From a virus (taxonomy: Duplodnaviria; Caudoviricetes), in IMG/VR virus record IMGVR_UViG_3300018430_000021, positions 160,001 to 224,000 of that record: a stretch of DNA of 64,000 nucleotides, one strand, 5' to 3'. A program made the translations under genes and the position numbers. Under the pieces are notes generated by a model. That model made no database searches, was not told the DNA's origin, and worked only from the letters and a program-made list of their open reading frames with translations. Below, piece by piece: positions 30,561 through 40,636 of this stretch. Every line of letters begins with the position of its first letter. Position 1 is the stretch's first letter.

Positions 30561-32984
30561 ATGTTATACGGTAATGGATTAAACTTTGATTTTATTAGTG
30601 AATCACCATGTTTAGTTGCTGATTATGATGAAGTTAGTGGGTATTATAATACAATACGTACACATTATTTAGAAAATCAAGACGATAAGTGGCAGGATTT
30701 TGGCTATGATTCTGAAGTTCAAATTACACGAAATAGCAGTTCAATGACAGTAATGTCTCAAAATTTACAAGTTAATGATATAGTAGTATACCCAACCTGG
30801 TCATATACCATTACCGCAGTAACCGTACATGAGGGCTGTGATACCGCTGATTATTTCTGGAAACATGATAATATTGTACGTAATGGTACTAGAATAACCG
30901 CTAAGATGGGAGATCTTTTACCTGGTGATAAAAAAGTATCAGATGATAATTCTTATATTCAATATCATGCGATAGATAAGCGCGTTGAATTAAAAGCACA
31001 ACTTATGAATATATTGTGTTCTAATTCTGGTTTTCATTATCCCGAAAACACAACAGATGCATTATTTGTTGCTAGAACTGTTCAATATGATAATGCAAGT
31101 GCAAGAAATGAACATATATATTCTATTGGTTCTTTACTTACACGGGTAATTGATGGAGAATATGATAATACGTCAAAAGTACCAATAAGTACATATGCAG
31201 GTCCTTGGGGAATTGATAATTATAATGTACCATTTTATAGATTGTATCAATGTACAAATTGGTGGGAATTTGCTAAAACACCAATAGATATATCTACTAT
31301 TCCATCAGCACATTTAGACGCAATAAATAGTGATTATGGTGGTTATGGAACAGTTTCAATAACTGCTTATATAAATCGTGCAGAAAAGCAAGTAATTCCA
31401 AATAAGAATATTAATATTAATTATTTTAGTACGACAAAACCATTGGATTTTAAAGTAACAAATCCGAACGGCATGCCAGATCAAATGGGCGGAGCTATAT
31501 TATTTTCTGCAAATGATACTTTTGATTCTAATAAACTTGTAGGTATAGGTTTTAAAGGTCTTCGCTCATATAATATTAATGATAATGATGATATTTCTTT
31601 TAAACTTTATCGATTTACAAATGAGTATTTTAAAAGTATTGGAAATAATTTTTATACATTTAATGATCCTAAAATGATTTGTGTAAAAGGTATGGATAAT
31701 AGTGATGGTCCATATGCTTTTGGATATGCTGGCCCATTTTTTGTTACTGCGGAAATGGAAGCCGGTTCTTATACAGATACAAATAAAAATAAAGATGAAA
31801 AAATAAAAATTACTAAATCAGATTATATAAGAGATCCATATTTATTTACCAGTATATCGTATCTATCAACTGGCTTTGATGCTGTACCTACATCTGGTAA
31901 ACCAGAAACATGGTTTTCTTGTAGTGATTTTTCAGCAGATTGTCATTTAAAGACATGGACAGATTCAAGTAATGGTATAACATATTTTGATTGTGTTCCT
32001 ATGGCACCAGGCATACCTATTTCTACTGGCACTCATATGCAGTTTGAACTACAATCTGATATAACCGAATTTGAATTTGGTTGTGCAATGTCTGCTATGG
32101 GTTGTATATCAAAATATGATAATTCTACTGGCTTAAGCCAATTAAAAGCTGTTAATGGTTCTTGGAAATATTGTAATAATATAGTAGATTTTGGTTATCC
32201 TGGCGGTAATTCAAATAATTTATTTTATAATGCTAGTAGTCTTGAAACAATACCAAGTAGTTGGGAAGGTTTGGAAAGCGTAACATCATTTAATGCAAAT
32301 AGCATGTTTTATAATTGTCAAAAACTTGTTTCTATCCCAAGTTCATTTAATCATCTTGGAAATAAATCATATACTGCTACTTGTAGCATGTTTTATAATT
32401 GTTATGCACTAAAAAATGGACTTAAAACCTGGGAAAATCTGGATAATGTAACAACCGCAGATTCAATGTTTTATAATTGTGTTTCTCTGGAAAGTATACC
32501 AGATAATTTTGAACATTTGGGTAATTTAATTGGTTGTCAATCAATGTTCTATAATTGTTATAAACTAAAAGAAGTTAAATCTTGGAATGGTATTAATGGT
32601 ATATATAATGGATATAATATGTTTTATAATTGTTCTGGATTAAGCGCAATTCCTTCAACATTTAATGGCATTAATACTAAATTTAAAGCACCATCAATGT
32701 TTCAAAATTGCTTTAATTTAAAATCTATACCAGCTGCATCAGAATGGGATAGTTTATTTCAAAGATTAACTGTTAGTAATTATCCTAATCCATGTAGTTC
32801 AACTGATGTAGTATCTATATCAAACATTTTTAATGGATGTTCTGCTATTACTGGTACTGTAAAAGAAATATTAGATGTTTTTATTCGTTATAATATTTCA
32901 AAAGCTGGACAATTTTATGGTTGTAGTGGTTTTAGTGATTATAATGAATGTCACGGTACATCAACATATAGTGGATATATTTAA
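30561..32984 (+). CDS. BspA/DUF285-like leucine-rich-repeat protein (putative host-recognition protein)
   Basis: C-terminal SMFYNCxxLxSIP repeats (about 7). Late promoter upstream. Confidence 0.75.
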   Translation: MLYGNGLNFDFISESPCLVADYDEVSGYYNTIRTHYLENQDDKWQDFGYDSEVQITRNSSSMTVMSQNLQVNDIVVYPTWSYTITAVTVHEGCDTADYFWKHDNIVRNGTRITAKMGDLLPGDKKVSDDNSYIQYHAIDKRVELKAQLMNILCSNSGFHYPENTTDALFVARTVQYDNASARNEHIYSIGSLLTRVIDGEYDNTSKVPISTYAGPWGIDNYNVPFYRLYQCTNWWEFAKTPIDISTIPSAHLDAINSDYGGYGTVSITAYINRAEKQVIPNKNININYFSTTKPLDFKVTNPNGMPDQMGGAILFSANDTFDSNKLVGIGFKGLRSYNINDNDDISFKLYRFTNEYFKSIGNNFYTFNDPKMICVKGMDNSDGPYAFGYAGPFFVTAEMEAGSYTDTNKNKDEKIKITKSDYIRDPYLFTSISYLSTGFDAVPTSGKPETWFSCSDFSADCHLKTWTDSSNGITYFDCVPMAPGIPISTGTHMQFELQSDITEFEFGCAMSAMGCISKYDNSTGLSQLKAVNGSWKYCNNIVDFGYPGGNSNNLFYNASSLETIPSSWEGLESVTSFNANSMFYNCQKLVSIPSSFNHLGNKSYTATCSMFYNCYALKNGLKTWENLDNVTTADSMFYNCVSLESIPDNFEHLGNLIGCQSMFYNCYKLKEVKSWNGINGIYNGYNMFYNCSGLSAIPSTFNGINTKFKAPSMFQNCFNLKSIPAASEWDSLFQRLTVSNYPNPCSSTDVVSISNIFNGCSAITGTVKEILDVFIRYNISKAGQFYGCSGFSDYNECHGTSTYSGYI

Positions 32985-32985
32985 T

Positions 32986-33015
32986 AAAAAGACCTCATTA
33001 CGAGGTCTTTCTTTT
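32986..33015. terminator. Bidirectional terminator
   Basis: AAAAAGACCTCATTACGAGGTCTTTCTTTT. Confidence 0.75.
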
Positions 33016-33311
33016 TAACATTCTGTTTTCTTATCGTACCAGTAGAAACCTACATGGTTTTCGTTTTCGTAATAATTGAAACAGTATCTGGATTTTTCAA
33101 GAGATGAACCGTGATTCATGATTTGAGTAATCGTAGAAGCAAGTTCAGTCGAATTTCGTTTGTATTGCATAAAAGCAATATCCAAATCTTTTTGCATTCC
33201 AGGAAGAACCTGCTTTGTAAAGAGCTCTCGTTCTTTTTCGGTCATTTCTGGAATTTCAAGTAATGTCAAATGCGGACTTTCGTCCATATAGTTTAAAGAT
33301 ACTTTTACCAT
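33015..33311 (-). CDS. Hypothetical protein
   Basis: 98-aa ORF with AAAGGA SD. Confidence 0.6.
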   Translation of the reverse strand: MVKVSLNYMDESPHLTLLEIPEMTEKERELFTKQVLPGMQKDLDIAFMQYKRNSTELASTITQIMNHGSSLEKSRYCFNYYENENHVGFYWYDKKTEC

Positions 33312-33322
33312 TTTATTTTCCT

Positions 33323-33931
33323 TTAAAGTTTTGGAAATCCTATTACATCTATAATACCGACTTTTCGAGCTTCTTCGGCAGACATGTAATAGTCCTTTTC
33401 AAGTTTTTTTGTAAACCAGGAAGCAGTTTTGGAAGAGTGTCTAGCAAGAATCTTAGAAAACGCTTCATTGGTTACAGTTAATTCTTTCTTACAAATATCA
33501 ATACTGTCAATATGACCGTCAATGTCGTCATAGTAACTGTTGTGAATCATGACTCTGGAATTCTTTGTACAGAACCTTGCACCTTCTGTACCGTTAGCAA
33601 GAATAATAGAAGCCATACTGGAACATTCGCCACAAGCAACGGTCCAGACTTCGATTCCACAATCTTTCAAACAGTCAATAGCATCAACAACAGCCATACC
33701 AGAAGTGGTATCGCCGCCTTCTGAATTGATAAAGATACATACACGTTTTCCAGAATTGTCATTCCAGTAAACGAGATATTTTAGAATATCAGAAACACTT
33801 TCCTCGTTAATCGGACCCTCAAGCCAGAGAATACGGTTTTCAAGGAAATATGTATCGCGGGAAAGCTCAATGTCATTATCCATTTTTTCTTCTCGTTTCT
33901 GTTGTTTATTCTTTTTAAATATTCCGCTCAT
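33323..33931 (-). CDS. clpP: ClpP-like ATP-dependent protease proteolytic subunit
   Basis: RILWLEGPI, INSEGG, CSSMASIIL (catalytic Ser), RVMIH and DYYMSAEEARKVGIID motifs. Confidence 0.92.
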   Translation of the reverse strand: MSGIFKKNKQQKREEKMDNDIELSRDTYFLENRILWLEGPINEESVSDILKYLVYWNDNSGKRVCIFINSEGGDTTSGMAVVDAIDCLKDCGIEVWTVACGECSSMASIILANGTEGARFCTKNSRVMIHNSYYDDIDGHIDSIDICKKELTVTNEAFSKILARHSSKTASWFTKKLEKDYYMSAEEARKVGIIDVIGFPKL

Positions 33932-33932
33932 T

Positions 33933-34799
33933 TCAACCTCCGATTGTACCTAAATCTAACCTGCCGCTACACGGTGTAAACGTCATTTCACCGAAGTATG
34001 GTCTTCCGCCGACATAATAAAAATCTACTCTCACAAAGTCAAAAGGTTTCGCCATAATTTCTACATAAGGAATCATGGAATCAATCATTTCTTTTTGCTT
34101 CTTATTTAGATTATCCATGGCCGGTTTTACACCGATATACCAAGGATTCTGTTTTCCTTCCTTATCTACAAATGCGATATATTCTTCAAGATTCTTTCCG
34201 AGTTTCTTGGTCAAAGAAATTCCTTCGATATTGCCGTTGATGCACCAGAAACCGTAATCGGTTGGTGTATCGACAAGGATCTTTTGGAATAAAACACCAG
34301 CCGGCATTTTTTCATACTGGGCTTCATATCCGGCAATATAGGCGTATTTCAGATTACTCCATTCAGCTATTTTCTGAACTACATGTTCGATAACCTTGTC
34401 GTTTACAGTATTGACTTTAATATTCCAGCCGCTGCCGTGAGTCATCTTTACAATCATTCCGGGTTGTAAGTATTTCTTACATGTATCGAAATCAATAGGA
34501 CCACCCCAATGCATAAACGGCGTAGGAATCTTAAGTTCTGGTGCAATATGATTCTGGGCATAATATTTATCAGCCCATTTGGAACAAAGGTCACAATACT
34601 TTTCATCGGTAGCTATTCTGAGTTTTTGCTTACAGATAATATCGACGACATTGGAAGGATTATCGACATTGGCCCAAGGTACATTTTCCTTAAGCCAGTC
34701 CTTGCAATACTGTACCTTGTCTTCTGCGAATCTGCAGGAGTTATAGACACTTTGATGTTTTCCGGCGAGCCATTCTTGTTTGTATTCTTCTTCTGTCAT
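33933..34799 (-). CDS. TupA-like ATP-grasp protein
   Basis: ADKY, KMTHGSGWN and FDFVRVDFY...YFGEMTFTPCSG motifs. Confidence 0.88.
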   Translation of the reverse strand: MTEEEYKQEWLAGKHQSVYNSCRFAEDKVQYCKDWLKENVPWANVDNPSNVVDIICKQKLRIATDEKYCDLCSKWADKYYAQNHIAPELKIPTPFMHWGGPIDFDTCKKYLQPGMIVKMTHGSGWNIKVNTVNDKVIEHVVQKIAEWSNLKYAYIAGYEAQYEKMPAGVLFQKILVDTPTDYGFWCINGNIEGISLTKKLGKNLEEYIAFVDKEGKQNPWYIGVKPAMDNLNKKQKEMIDSMIPYVEIMAKPFDFVRVDFYYVGGRPYFGEMTFTPCSGRLDLGTIGG

Positions 34800-34806
34800 T
34801 TTCTAC

Positions 34807-35961
34807 CTATAAGTTTGCAAGTGCTTCGTATTCTTTATATTCGTCACGGTAATGCGTAAGGATGTTATAGAACGTTTCTGGCGGGTGTCGTTTTTCATTC
34901 GGAGAATTGATAATCTTTCCTACATATGAATAGTAATAGTGCCACAAGATAAGGATGATTCTTGTACATGCATTACGCATATAGAATTCCGTCCAGATAG
35001 TTCCATAAATTGAAAGGTCATAAATGGATTCTTCGTAGTCCCTGTCGCGTTCGATATGACCGTCTTCGAAAGTAAACTGATAATCGCTCGGTTTATTTCC
35101 AGGAAGGCAATAATGGAGCATGTCAGTATTTGGAATATTAAACGGGTCATGGAATTCTTCGTTAGCCCAACTATAAACACGAACATTCAACGAAGAATGC
35201 TTTTCGACATGGAAATAGTCGGTATTCGCATAGAGATAAACGTAGAAAGACTCGTCGCTTCCGAAAATATTATGGTGTTCAAACCAGAAAGAATTCCTGT
35301 ATCTTTCAAATTCTTCTTCGAAATGGTTTTCTCGGAAATCCTTTGAATAATAGACTAGACCGCCATTTGGCCAAAGAATATTAAAATCTATTTCATTCTT
35401 GGAGATGTTACGGATTTCATTAAGAAGCGTATGGAAATTCATCTTATGTGCCTTGGCGACACAGAAAATAAACGACTTTAATGTACCGGAACAAATCGTA
35501 GTCCCATCATAAGATTCGAATAATTGAATTCCGGTATTTGTGATAATGTGCTTTTCCCAGTCTACCTTTTTAACAAAAAGCATATCGGTATCGCAGATAA
35601 TAATATCTTCGCCCTTTGCTATATTCTTAATGCAGTATACCTTAGCATTATAGATATTTTCCTGCGAGGTAAACGTATGTGCCGAAGTGGGAGTTTTCTT
35701 GTCGGCCAATCCTATATAATTATTCTGGTTAAATACTTCATATTTGTCGACAACCTGATAGGAAATCAGATTGCCACAATTTTCATAAAACAGGAATTCA
35801 TCCAATAACTTTTTTGTCGAAAGATGCGTAATAGCGACAATAATCGGAAGCGTATTTCCGTGCATAATGTAGCTTTTGAGAATTGTCAAAAGTAGCTTAT
35901 GGTCATTATCCGGAATTTCAGTATAGCCACAATTATAGAGGAACGGTATAACTAGTTTCAT
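34807..35961 (-). CDS. Glycosyltransferase (GT8-like)
   Basis: IICDTDMLF (DxD), NGGLVYY, GSDESF and LHY motifs. Confidence 0.65.
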   Translation of the reverse strand: MKLVIPFLYNCGYTEIPDNDHKLLLTILKSYIMHGNTLPIIVAITHLSTKKLLDEFLFYENCGNLISYQVVDKYEVFNQNNYIGLADKKTPTSAHTFTSQENIYNAKVYCIKNIAKGEDIIICDTDMLFVKKVDWEKHIITNTGIQLFESYDGTTICSGTLKSFIFCVAKAHKMNFHTLLNEIRNISKNEIDFNILWPNGGLVYYSKDFRENHFEEEFERYRNSFWFEHHNIFGSDESFYVYLYANTDYFHVEKHSSLNVRVYSWANEEFHDPFNIPNTDMLHYCLPGNKPSDYQFTFEDGHIERDRDYEESIYDLSIYGTIWTEFYMRNACTRIILILWHYYYSYVGKIINSPNEKRHPPETFYNILTHYRDEYKEYEALANL

Positions 35962-36026
35962 ATCATGGTAAATATAGAAAAAACATGCTGGTTTGTAACC
36001 TGCATGAGCATGTTTTTCTAAAAATA

Positions 36027-36947
36027 TTAAAATAAAGAATTAATAAAATCCAGAACTTTTTGAAAAAATGATTTTGTCACTTTTTCTTCTTTTTTGACAA
36101 CTTTGCGAACTTCGGTAAACTTGATATTTTCTGTTTTTACTGGTTCTTGTTTGACTTCTACGACCGGTTCTTTGACAGGTTCTGGTTCTGGAATTACCTT
36201 CGGCTTCGTATCTTCAATCCATTGGTCTTCGACGAAACGGATCTGTTCATACGGGAAATCGAACTTGTCCTTGCGTACCTGTGTATGCGTGAAGATTCCG
36301 CAGAAGTTTTGAGCTTCTTTGTCGTTTTCAAACATACCGTCGAGCTTGTAGTTGTGTTGAATTCCGCAAGCTTCGCAAAGGTAGTTAACAAGGTCATAGA
36401 TAGCGTTCTTCTGGTCTACCGTAAGTCTGGAATAATAATCATATCCTCGGAAGCTTATGTTTTCGACATGTCTATCTTCGGTACAATACAACTGCTTGTA
36501 GGCATTGTAATAACCGTCTTCTTTCTTGGTCAAAGGACCATAGTTAGATACTTCGATTCCGATAGCGGACTTGCTCATTTTAGAATTAGTACCTACACAG
36601 CCAGAGCCGAGATGATATGACCAGTTTTTTCCAGAATCCAACGGAATAAGATTATAGATTCTACCATGTCTGTCGATAACATAATGTACGGACATATGGT
36701 TATTCGGTTTTGTCAGAGTAGCGACATCGCCAGAAATGGTTCCAACCGTAAAATGGAGGCATATTTGTGTCTTCTTTGCGGTTGTCGTGTAGTAGTAACT
36801 AGAATCGGCCATTTTAAGCACATAAATGCTTGTTCTAGGTGTTATTTTAATTTCCCTTTCTATCTGGTAGGTCTTACCGGATGAGTCCTTATGACGCGTG
36901 AAAAAGGTATTTTCTTTTGATTCTAAGGTATCTACTATTGCACTCAT
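36027..36947 (-). CDS. N-acetylmuramoyl-L-alanine amidase (Amidase_2), probable endolysin
   Basis: ICLHFT, SVHYVIDRHG, WSYHLG, IGIEVSN and FTHTQVRKDKFD motifs. Late promoter CATAAATA 4 nt upstream. Confidence 0.9.
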   Translation of the reverse strand: MSAIVDTLESKENTFFTRHKDSSGKTYQIEREIKITPRTSIYVLKMADSSYYYTTTAKKTQICLHFTVGTISGDVATLTKPNNHMSVHYVIDRHGRIYNLIPLDSGKNWSYHLGSGCVGTNSKMSKSAIGIEVSNYGPLTKKEDGYYNAYKQLYCTEDRHVENISFRGYDYYSRLTVDQKNAIYDLVNYLCEACGIQHNYKLDGMFENDKEAQNFCGIFTHTQVRKDKFDFPYEQIRFVEDQWIEDTKPKVIPEPEPVKEPVVEVKQEPVKTENIKFTEVRKVVKKEEKVTKSFFQKVLDFINSLF

Positions 36948-36950
36948 GAA

Positions 36951-37712
36951 TTATTTATGAGTGTGACCTTTTATTACCTCTATCATTATGTTTATGGCTT
37001 TCTTTGCATGGTCTAAAACATCTTTCTTTTGAAGAGAACTGATAACATAAAGTTCCAGACCTCTGAAAAAAGATATAACGGCAAAACCTTCATTTTCCTT
37101 ATAACCGATAACCAGCTTCGAGTTATCTGCAAGGTCATTGAATGTATAGGTATGACTGAGCTCACCAACATCGTCGTTGACTATGGTATCAGCATCGAAG
37201 TTATTTTCGGTTCTTTTTTCGAATTTGAACTTACATGTTTCGGTCAGATAGCGTTCAATATCGTCGAATACGGTAAGATCCAGGCAATCGATAGCGAAAG
37301 CATTGCGTTCGTTGATTTTGATATTATAAAGCCTGTAAAGTTCCTTTTCGACTAAATCGCAATAATCTGCAATTTCTTCTATGGCTAACATGGGTTCATG
37401 GATAATCTTGGCAAGAAGGTTATCCTTGTCCTTAAAATGTTCTTCGAATGTGGTAATACCGCGAAGCTTGGTTGTGTTAGAATAGTCCATGATGGAATAA
37501 TTAACATCGTCAACCTTTACTATGGTAAATACAAAATCAGTATTTGTATATTTAGGGCCGTTATGGTAGAAATCTGCAAGTTTCTTATCTGCAAGGTGTC
37601 TGGAAAATGAAAATTCATCATCACGAATATAGATATACCATGAAACCGGATGGAGCGTACAGGCTCTTTCCAATTCTTTGAAGATTGGATCTATTACTTT
37701 GGTATTTGCCAT
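36951..37712 (-). CDS. Hypothetical protein
   Basis: 253-aa ORF in a tightly packed operon. Confidence 0.65.
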   Translation of the reverse strand: MANTKVIDPIFKELERACTLHPVSWYIYIRDDEFSFSRHLADKKLADFYHNGPKYTNTDFVFTIVKVDDVNYSIMDYSNTTKLRGITTFEEHFKDKDNLLAKIIHEPMLAIEEIADYCDLVEKELYRLYNIKINERNAFAIDCLDLTVFDDIERYLTETCKFKFEKRTENNFDADTIVNDDVGELSHTYTFNDLADNSKLVIGYKENEGFAVISFFRGLELYVISSLQKKDVLDHAKKAINIMIEVIKGHTHK

Positions 37713-37715
37713 TAA

Positions 37716-38423
37716 TTACCGTTTGATAAAATATTTTTTGTTTCCAACGCTGAAACTCTTGAGCCAAGGCGCAGCATACTTGATAAGTGTCTTCCAGGAG
37801 AACTTCCAGTATTTCTTTGTACGTTTCATGGGAAGTTCATAGAGTGCGTCAATGCATTCCTTCAAATCATCCATTTCTGCCGTGGAAGTACAGATACGGT
37901 TTAAATAACCCCAGACATCTCCATGACGGATGAAATAGAAAACATTGTCGCTGTTGACGAGGATAACTCCGAGTTTTCCCTTCGTAGTTCCCCAACAGAT
38001 TTGGCCGTTCGGAAGAGAACAGTAACCTGTAAAGTAAGGCGAGATAACGCCATTGTCGAGAAGATAATCCAGACACTGTTTCGCTGTCATGGACTGCATC
38101 TTCTTTGAAATAATAATATTCTTTTTGGCCTTAAGGTCATCGGCCTTGGATTCGTACTTAAGGATAGAATCAATAACGGTCCTGGTAATAACTTCGGTAT
38201 CGTAACTGTCGATATAAAGGCGTTGGAAACCGCGGATTTCTACCATTGAGCCGACATTGATAACGTCGTAGTCATTGTAGGTATAAAGGTCCGGACTGAA
38301 TGTACCGACGATAATTCCGTCATATACCAGTCTGGTCATATCCGTTTCACGCTTCGTCGTGATGTGATAGCCCTTTTCCTTGAACAGGTTTAACAATTCC
38401 TCGATATTGATTTGTGTGTACAT
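37716..38423 (-). CDS. Hypothetical protein
   Basis: 235-aa ORF with AAGGA SD. Confidence 0.65.
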   Translation of the reverse strand: MYTQINIEELLNLFKEKGYHITTKRETDMTRLVYDGIIVGTFSPDLYTYNDYDVINVGSMVEIRGFQRLYIDSYDTEVITRTVIDSILKYESKADDLKAKKNIIISKKMQSMTAKQCLDYLLDNGVISPYFTGYCSLPNGQICWGTTKGKLGVILVNSDNVFYFIRHGDVWGYLNRICTSTAEMDDLKECIDALYELPMKRTKKYWKFSWKTLIKYAAPWLKSFSVGNKKYFIKR

Positions 38424-38431
38424 AGGTTTCC

Positions 38432-38728
38432 TTATTTAAGATCCAATGGAACAAAAGCGCTTGAGTGACAATTCTGCGGGTCTTCGAGTTCATAAACACC
38501 CATGTCACGTAAAACATTAGGAAGTTCCTTGAAGGAACATGTCCTGTCGTTAAAATCAATACATTCGGTCTTAATGGTAGCGTTCTGTGTAGCTACGTCA
38601 TAAGTGATAGTAAATTTCTTGGAACCGTTTATGTATTTAGTAACGAAGAATTCGCTAGCATAGAAATGCTTGAGCTTTCCTTCGATATTCTTGAATTTCC
38701 ATAATGCAAAAACGTCAATGCCCATCAT
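38432..38728 (-). CDS. Hypothetical protein
   Basis: 98-aa ORF in the same operon. Confidence 0.55.
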   Translation of the reverse strand: MMGIDVFALWKFKNIEGKLKHFYASEFFVTKYINGSKKFTITYDVATQNATIKTECIDFNDRTCSFKELPNVLRDMGVYELEDPQNCHSSAFVPLDLK

Positions 38729-38729
38729 A

Positions 38730-38927
38730 TTAGAACCTTATAGTAAAAGTAAAGGACTGATAACCTTCTGCAATTTTAACCCAGTTAGGTGCGATTTCGA
38801 AATACTTATATTTTACTGTATTAGAATTCCAGAAGTCAATCTCCTGGCAGAACTGCGTTGTAAAGAACGGAGAGCAACAGCACCCGAATGAACAGAGAAA
38901 TAACAGTAACAATATAATCTTTCTCAT
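38730..38927 (-). CDS. Small putative lipoprotein
   Basis: MRKIILLLLFLCSFGC signal and lipobox. Early promoter (TTGACA-17-TATATT) ends 7 nt upstream. Confidence 0.55.
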   Translation of the reverse strand: MRKIILLLLFLCSFGCCCSPFFTTQFCQEIDFWNSNTVKYKYFEIAPNWVKIAEGYQSFTFTIRF

Positions 38928-38949
38928 AGTATTAAATATAGCAAAAAAC

Positions 38950-39396
38950 TTACTTTTTGTCAACCTTCTTTTTGGTTTTCTTATTATTTATGGCCATGTT
39001 CTTTTGTACACGGACCGGCATAATCTGGTCAAGGTCGGCGTCACCTATTGCATTGACGAGAATTTTCAGCTTATGCATGATTTCGTTCTTATTCTTGGAA
39101 TATTCAATCATGGCCGTTAAGTCCTTAAGTCTTATGGCCCAACGGTATTCATTGTAGTATTTCAGACTGACTTTCTTTACGTTAAATCCGGACTGTAAAA
39201 GTTCTACATCCGGATAGGCCTTCGCGAGCAAGTGATGGGCGATAAGGTGTTCTTTTGGTGTAAGGTAAATCCAATTTGTTGGAACATCTGGACCGCCGAG
39301 GGACTGTGGAATAATATGATGCTTATCGTAGAGAATCGATGGTTCCCTACCTGCAGCTTTGGAAATAATCGCGAAGTAAATTTTCAAATAATTCAT
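38950..39396 (-). CDS. HNH homing-endonuclease-like protein
   Basis: MNYLKIY...KHHIIPQSLGG...NWIYLTPKEHLIAHHLL. Confidence 0.85.
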   Translation of the reverse strand: MNYLKIYFAIISKAAGREPSILYDKHHIIPQSLGGPDVPTNWIYLTPKEHLIAHHLLAKAYPDVELLQSGFNVKKVSLKYYNEYRWAIRLKDLTAMIEYSKNKNEIMHKLKILVNAIGDADLDQIMPVRVQKNMAINNKKTKKKVDKK

Positions 39397-39465
39397 TTAT
39401 AAACCGTAATACACGATAATACAATTACTACTGCAGTAATTAGTAATATCGTAATGATGTCTGCT

Positions 39466-39759
39466 TTAGACTTCATATTTATAACCACGTTCCTTGAGGA
39501 TTTTTTGAATTTCTTCTTTAAGAATTGTATATGTTCCTAAGTCCATTCGCTGGTCGAGAAGATAGAGTAAATCGTCGTCAATATTTGTATATTCATGAGA
39601 CGCATCGTCAAGCTCAGATTCTAGTCTTTCAACTTCTTCCTTATTAGAATCGTTTTCACGTTCGAGGTCGTCATACTTTTCCTGAAGGTCATCTGCATAA
39701 CTCTTGATACGTTCGACAATATCTTCAAAATCATTGCTGTCGTTAAAATAAAGTGACAT
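39466..39759 (-). CDS. Acidic coiled-coil hypothetical protein
   Basis: AAGGAG SD, with a -10 TATATT upstream. Confidence 0.65.
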   Translation of the reverse strand: MSLYFNDSNDFEDIVERIKSYADDLQEKYDDLERENDSNKEEVERLESELDDASHEYTNIDDDLLYLLDQRMDLGTYTILKEEIQKILKERGYKYEV

Positions 39760-39835
39760 AATAAAAATCTCCTTGAAACAAATATAGTAATTATTCCAAG
39801 GAGATTAAACTTAATCGGTAAAATATTTGGGTATT

Positions 39836-40633
39836 TTATAAAATGTCGTTATCGTAAAGGAATTCGGCAGATTCTACTGTCATTGCGTCTTCGAAATTGA
39901 ATTCATCATCGGCGAACAGATAGTTTCTGCGTCCGTTGTCATACATGTACTGGACGAAATCAGCAGCGGTAACATTCTTAAGGAACGAATACTTAATGTC
40001 GGACTGAGAAGATTCAACTGGTTTGTTTTCGAATCCGCCCATTGCTACATGCTGTGTAAATACCGGGTTTTTGTAATAGTTAACCTTGAAACCACGTCTT
40101 CTGAGAGAATTGATTTCTGGTCCGTAAAGCATCTTTACAAAAACACCAATCGGGAAATAAACCTTTTCGCCAGTCTTGTCGTCGACATAGTATGTGTCCT
40201 TGTAGACAAAGAACATACCATTGCTCTGGCGTTCAAGGCTCTTAAGTTTATTACCAGAAGTATATCGCATTAACGGATATTTAAACTTGAACTTGCTGTT
40301 GAGTTCTGCACATTTCTTTACAAATGCGGGTCCATGACCGGCAAGATTCTTGAAGTCGTCATTAACATGCGGGTCATATTCATCTTGCCAGGCGTGAATC
40401 ATCTCATGCACGATAGTATTTCTCATGATTTCTTCAGAAACACTTTGCATGTTAATATTGAAAGTGATATAATGAACATCATCTACTGTTTTTTCATGAG
40501 CATTCGTATCACTTTTGGCATTGTAAAGTTGCTTAGACCATTTAACAACGATAGGTAACTTTATTTCATTATTGAAATAAATCCTATTATAGCTTTTTAC
40601 TTTTCGTTGAAGTATGTCTAGTGTCCATTCCAT
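39836..40633 (-). CDS. SprT-like zinc metalloprotease
   Basis: YNRIYFNNEI...NTIVHEMIHAWQ...GHGPAF. Confidence 0.85.
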   Translation of the reverse strand: MEWTLDILQRKVKSYNRIYFNNEIKLPIVVKWSKQLYNAKSDTNAHEKTVDDVHYITFNINMQSVSEEIMRNTIVHEMIHAWQDEYDPHVNDDFKNLAGHGPAFVKKCAELNSKFKFKYPLMRYTSGNKLKSLERQSNGMFFVYKDTYYVDDKTGEKVYFPIGVFVKMLYGPEINSLRRRGFKVNYYKNPVFTQHVAMGGFENKPVESSQSDIKYSFLKNVTAADFVQYMYDNGRRNYLFADDEFNFEDAMTVESAEFLYDNDIL

Positions 40634-40636
40634 AAA

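Noticed and set aside
27041-32984. Diversity-generating retroelement at fibre/LRR genes
   Set aside because: No reverse transcriptase and no TR/VR pair differing at adenines was seen in the window.
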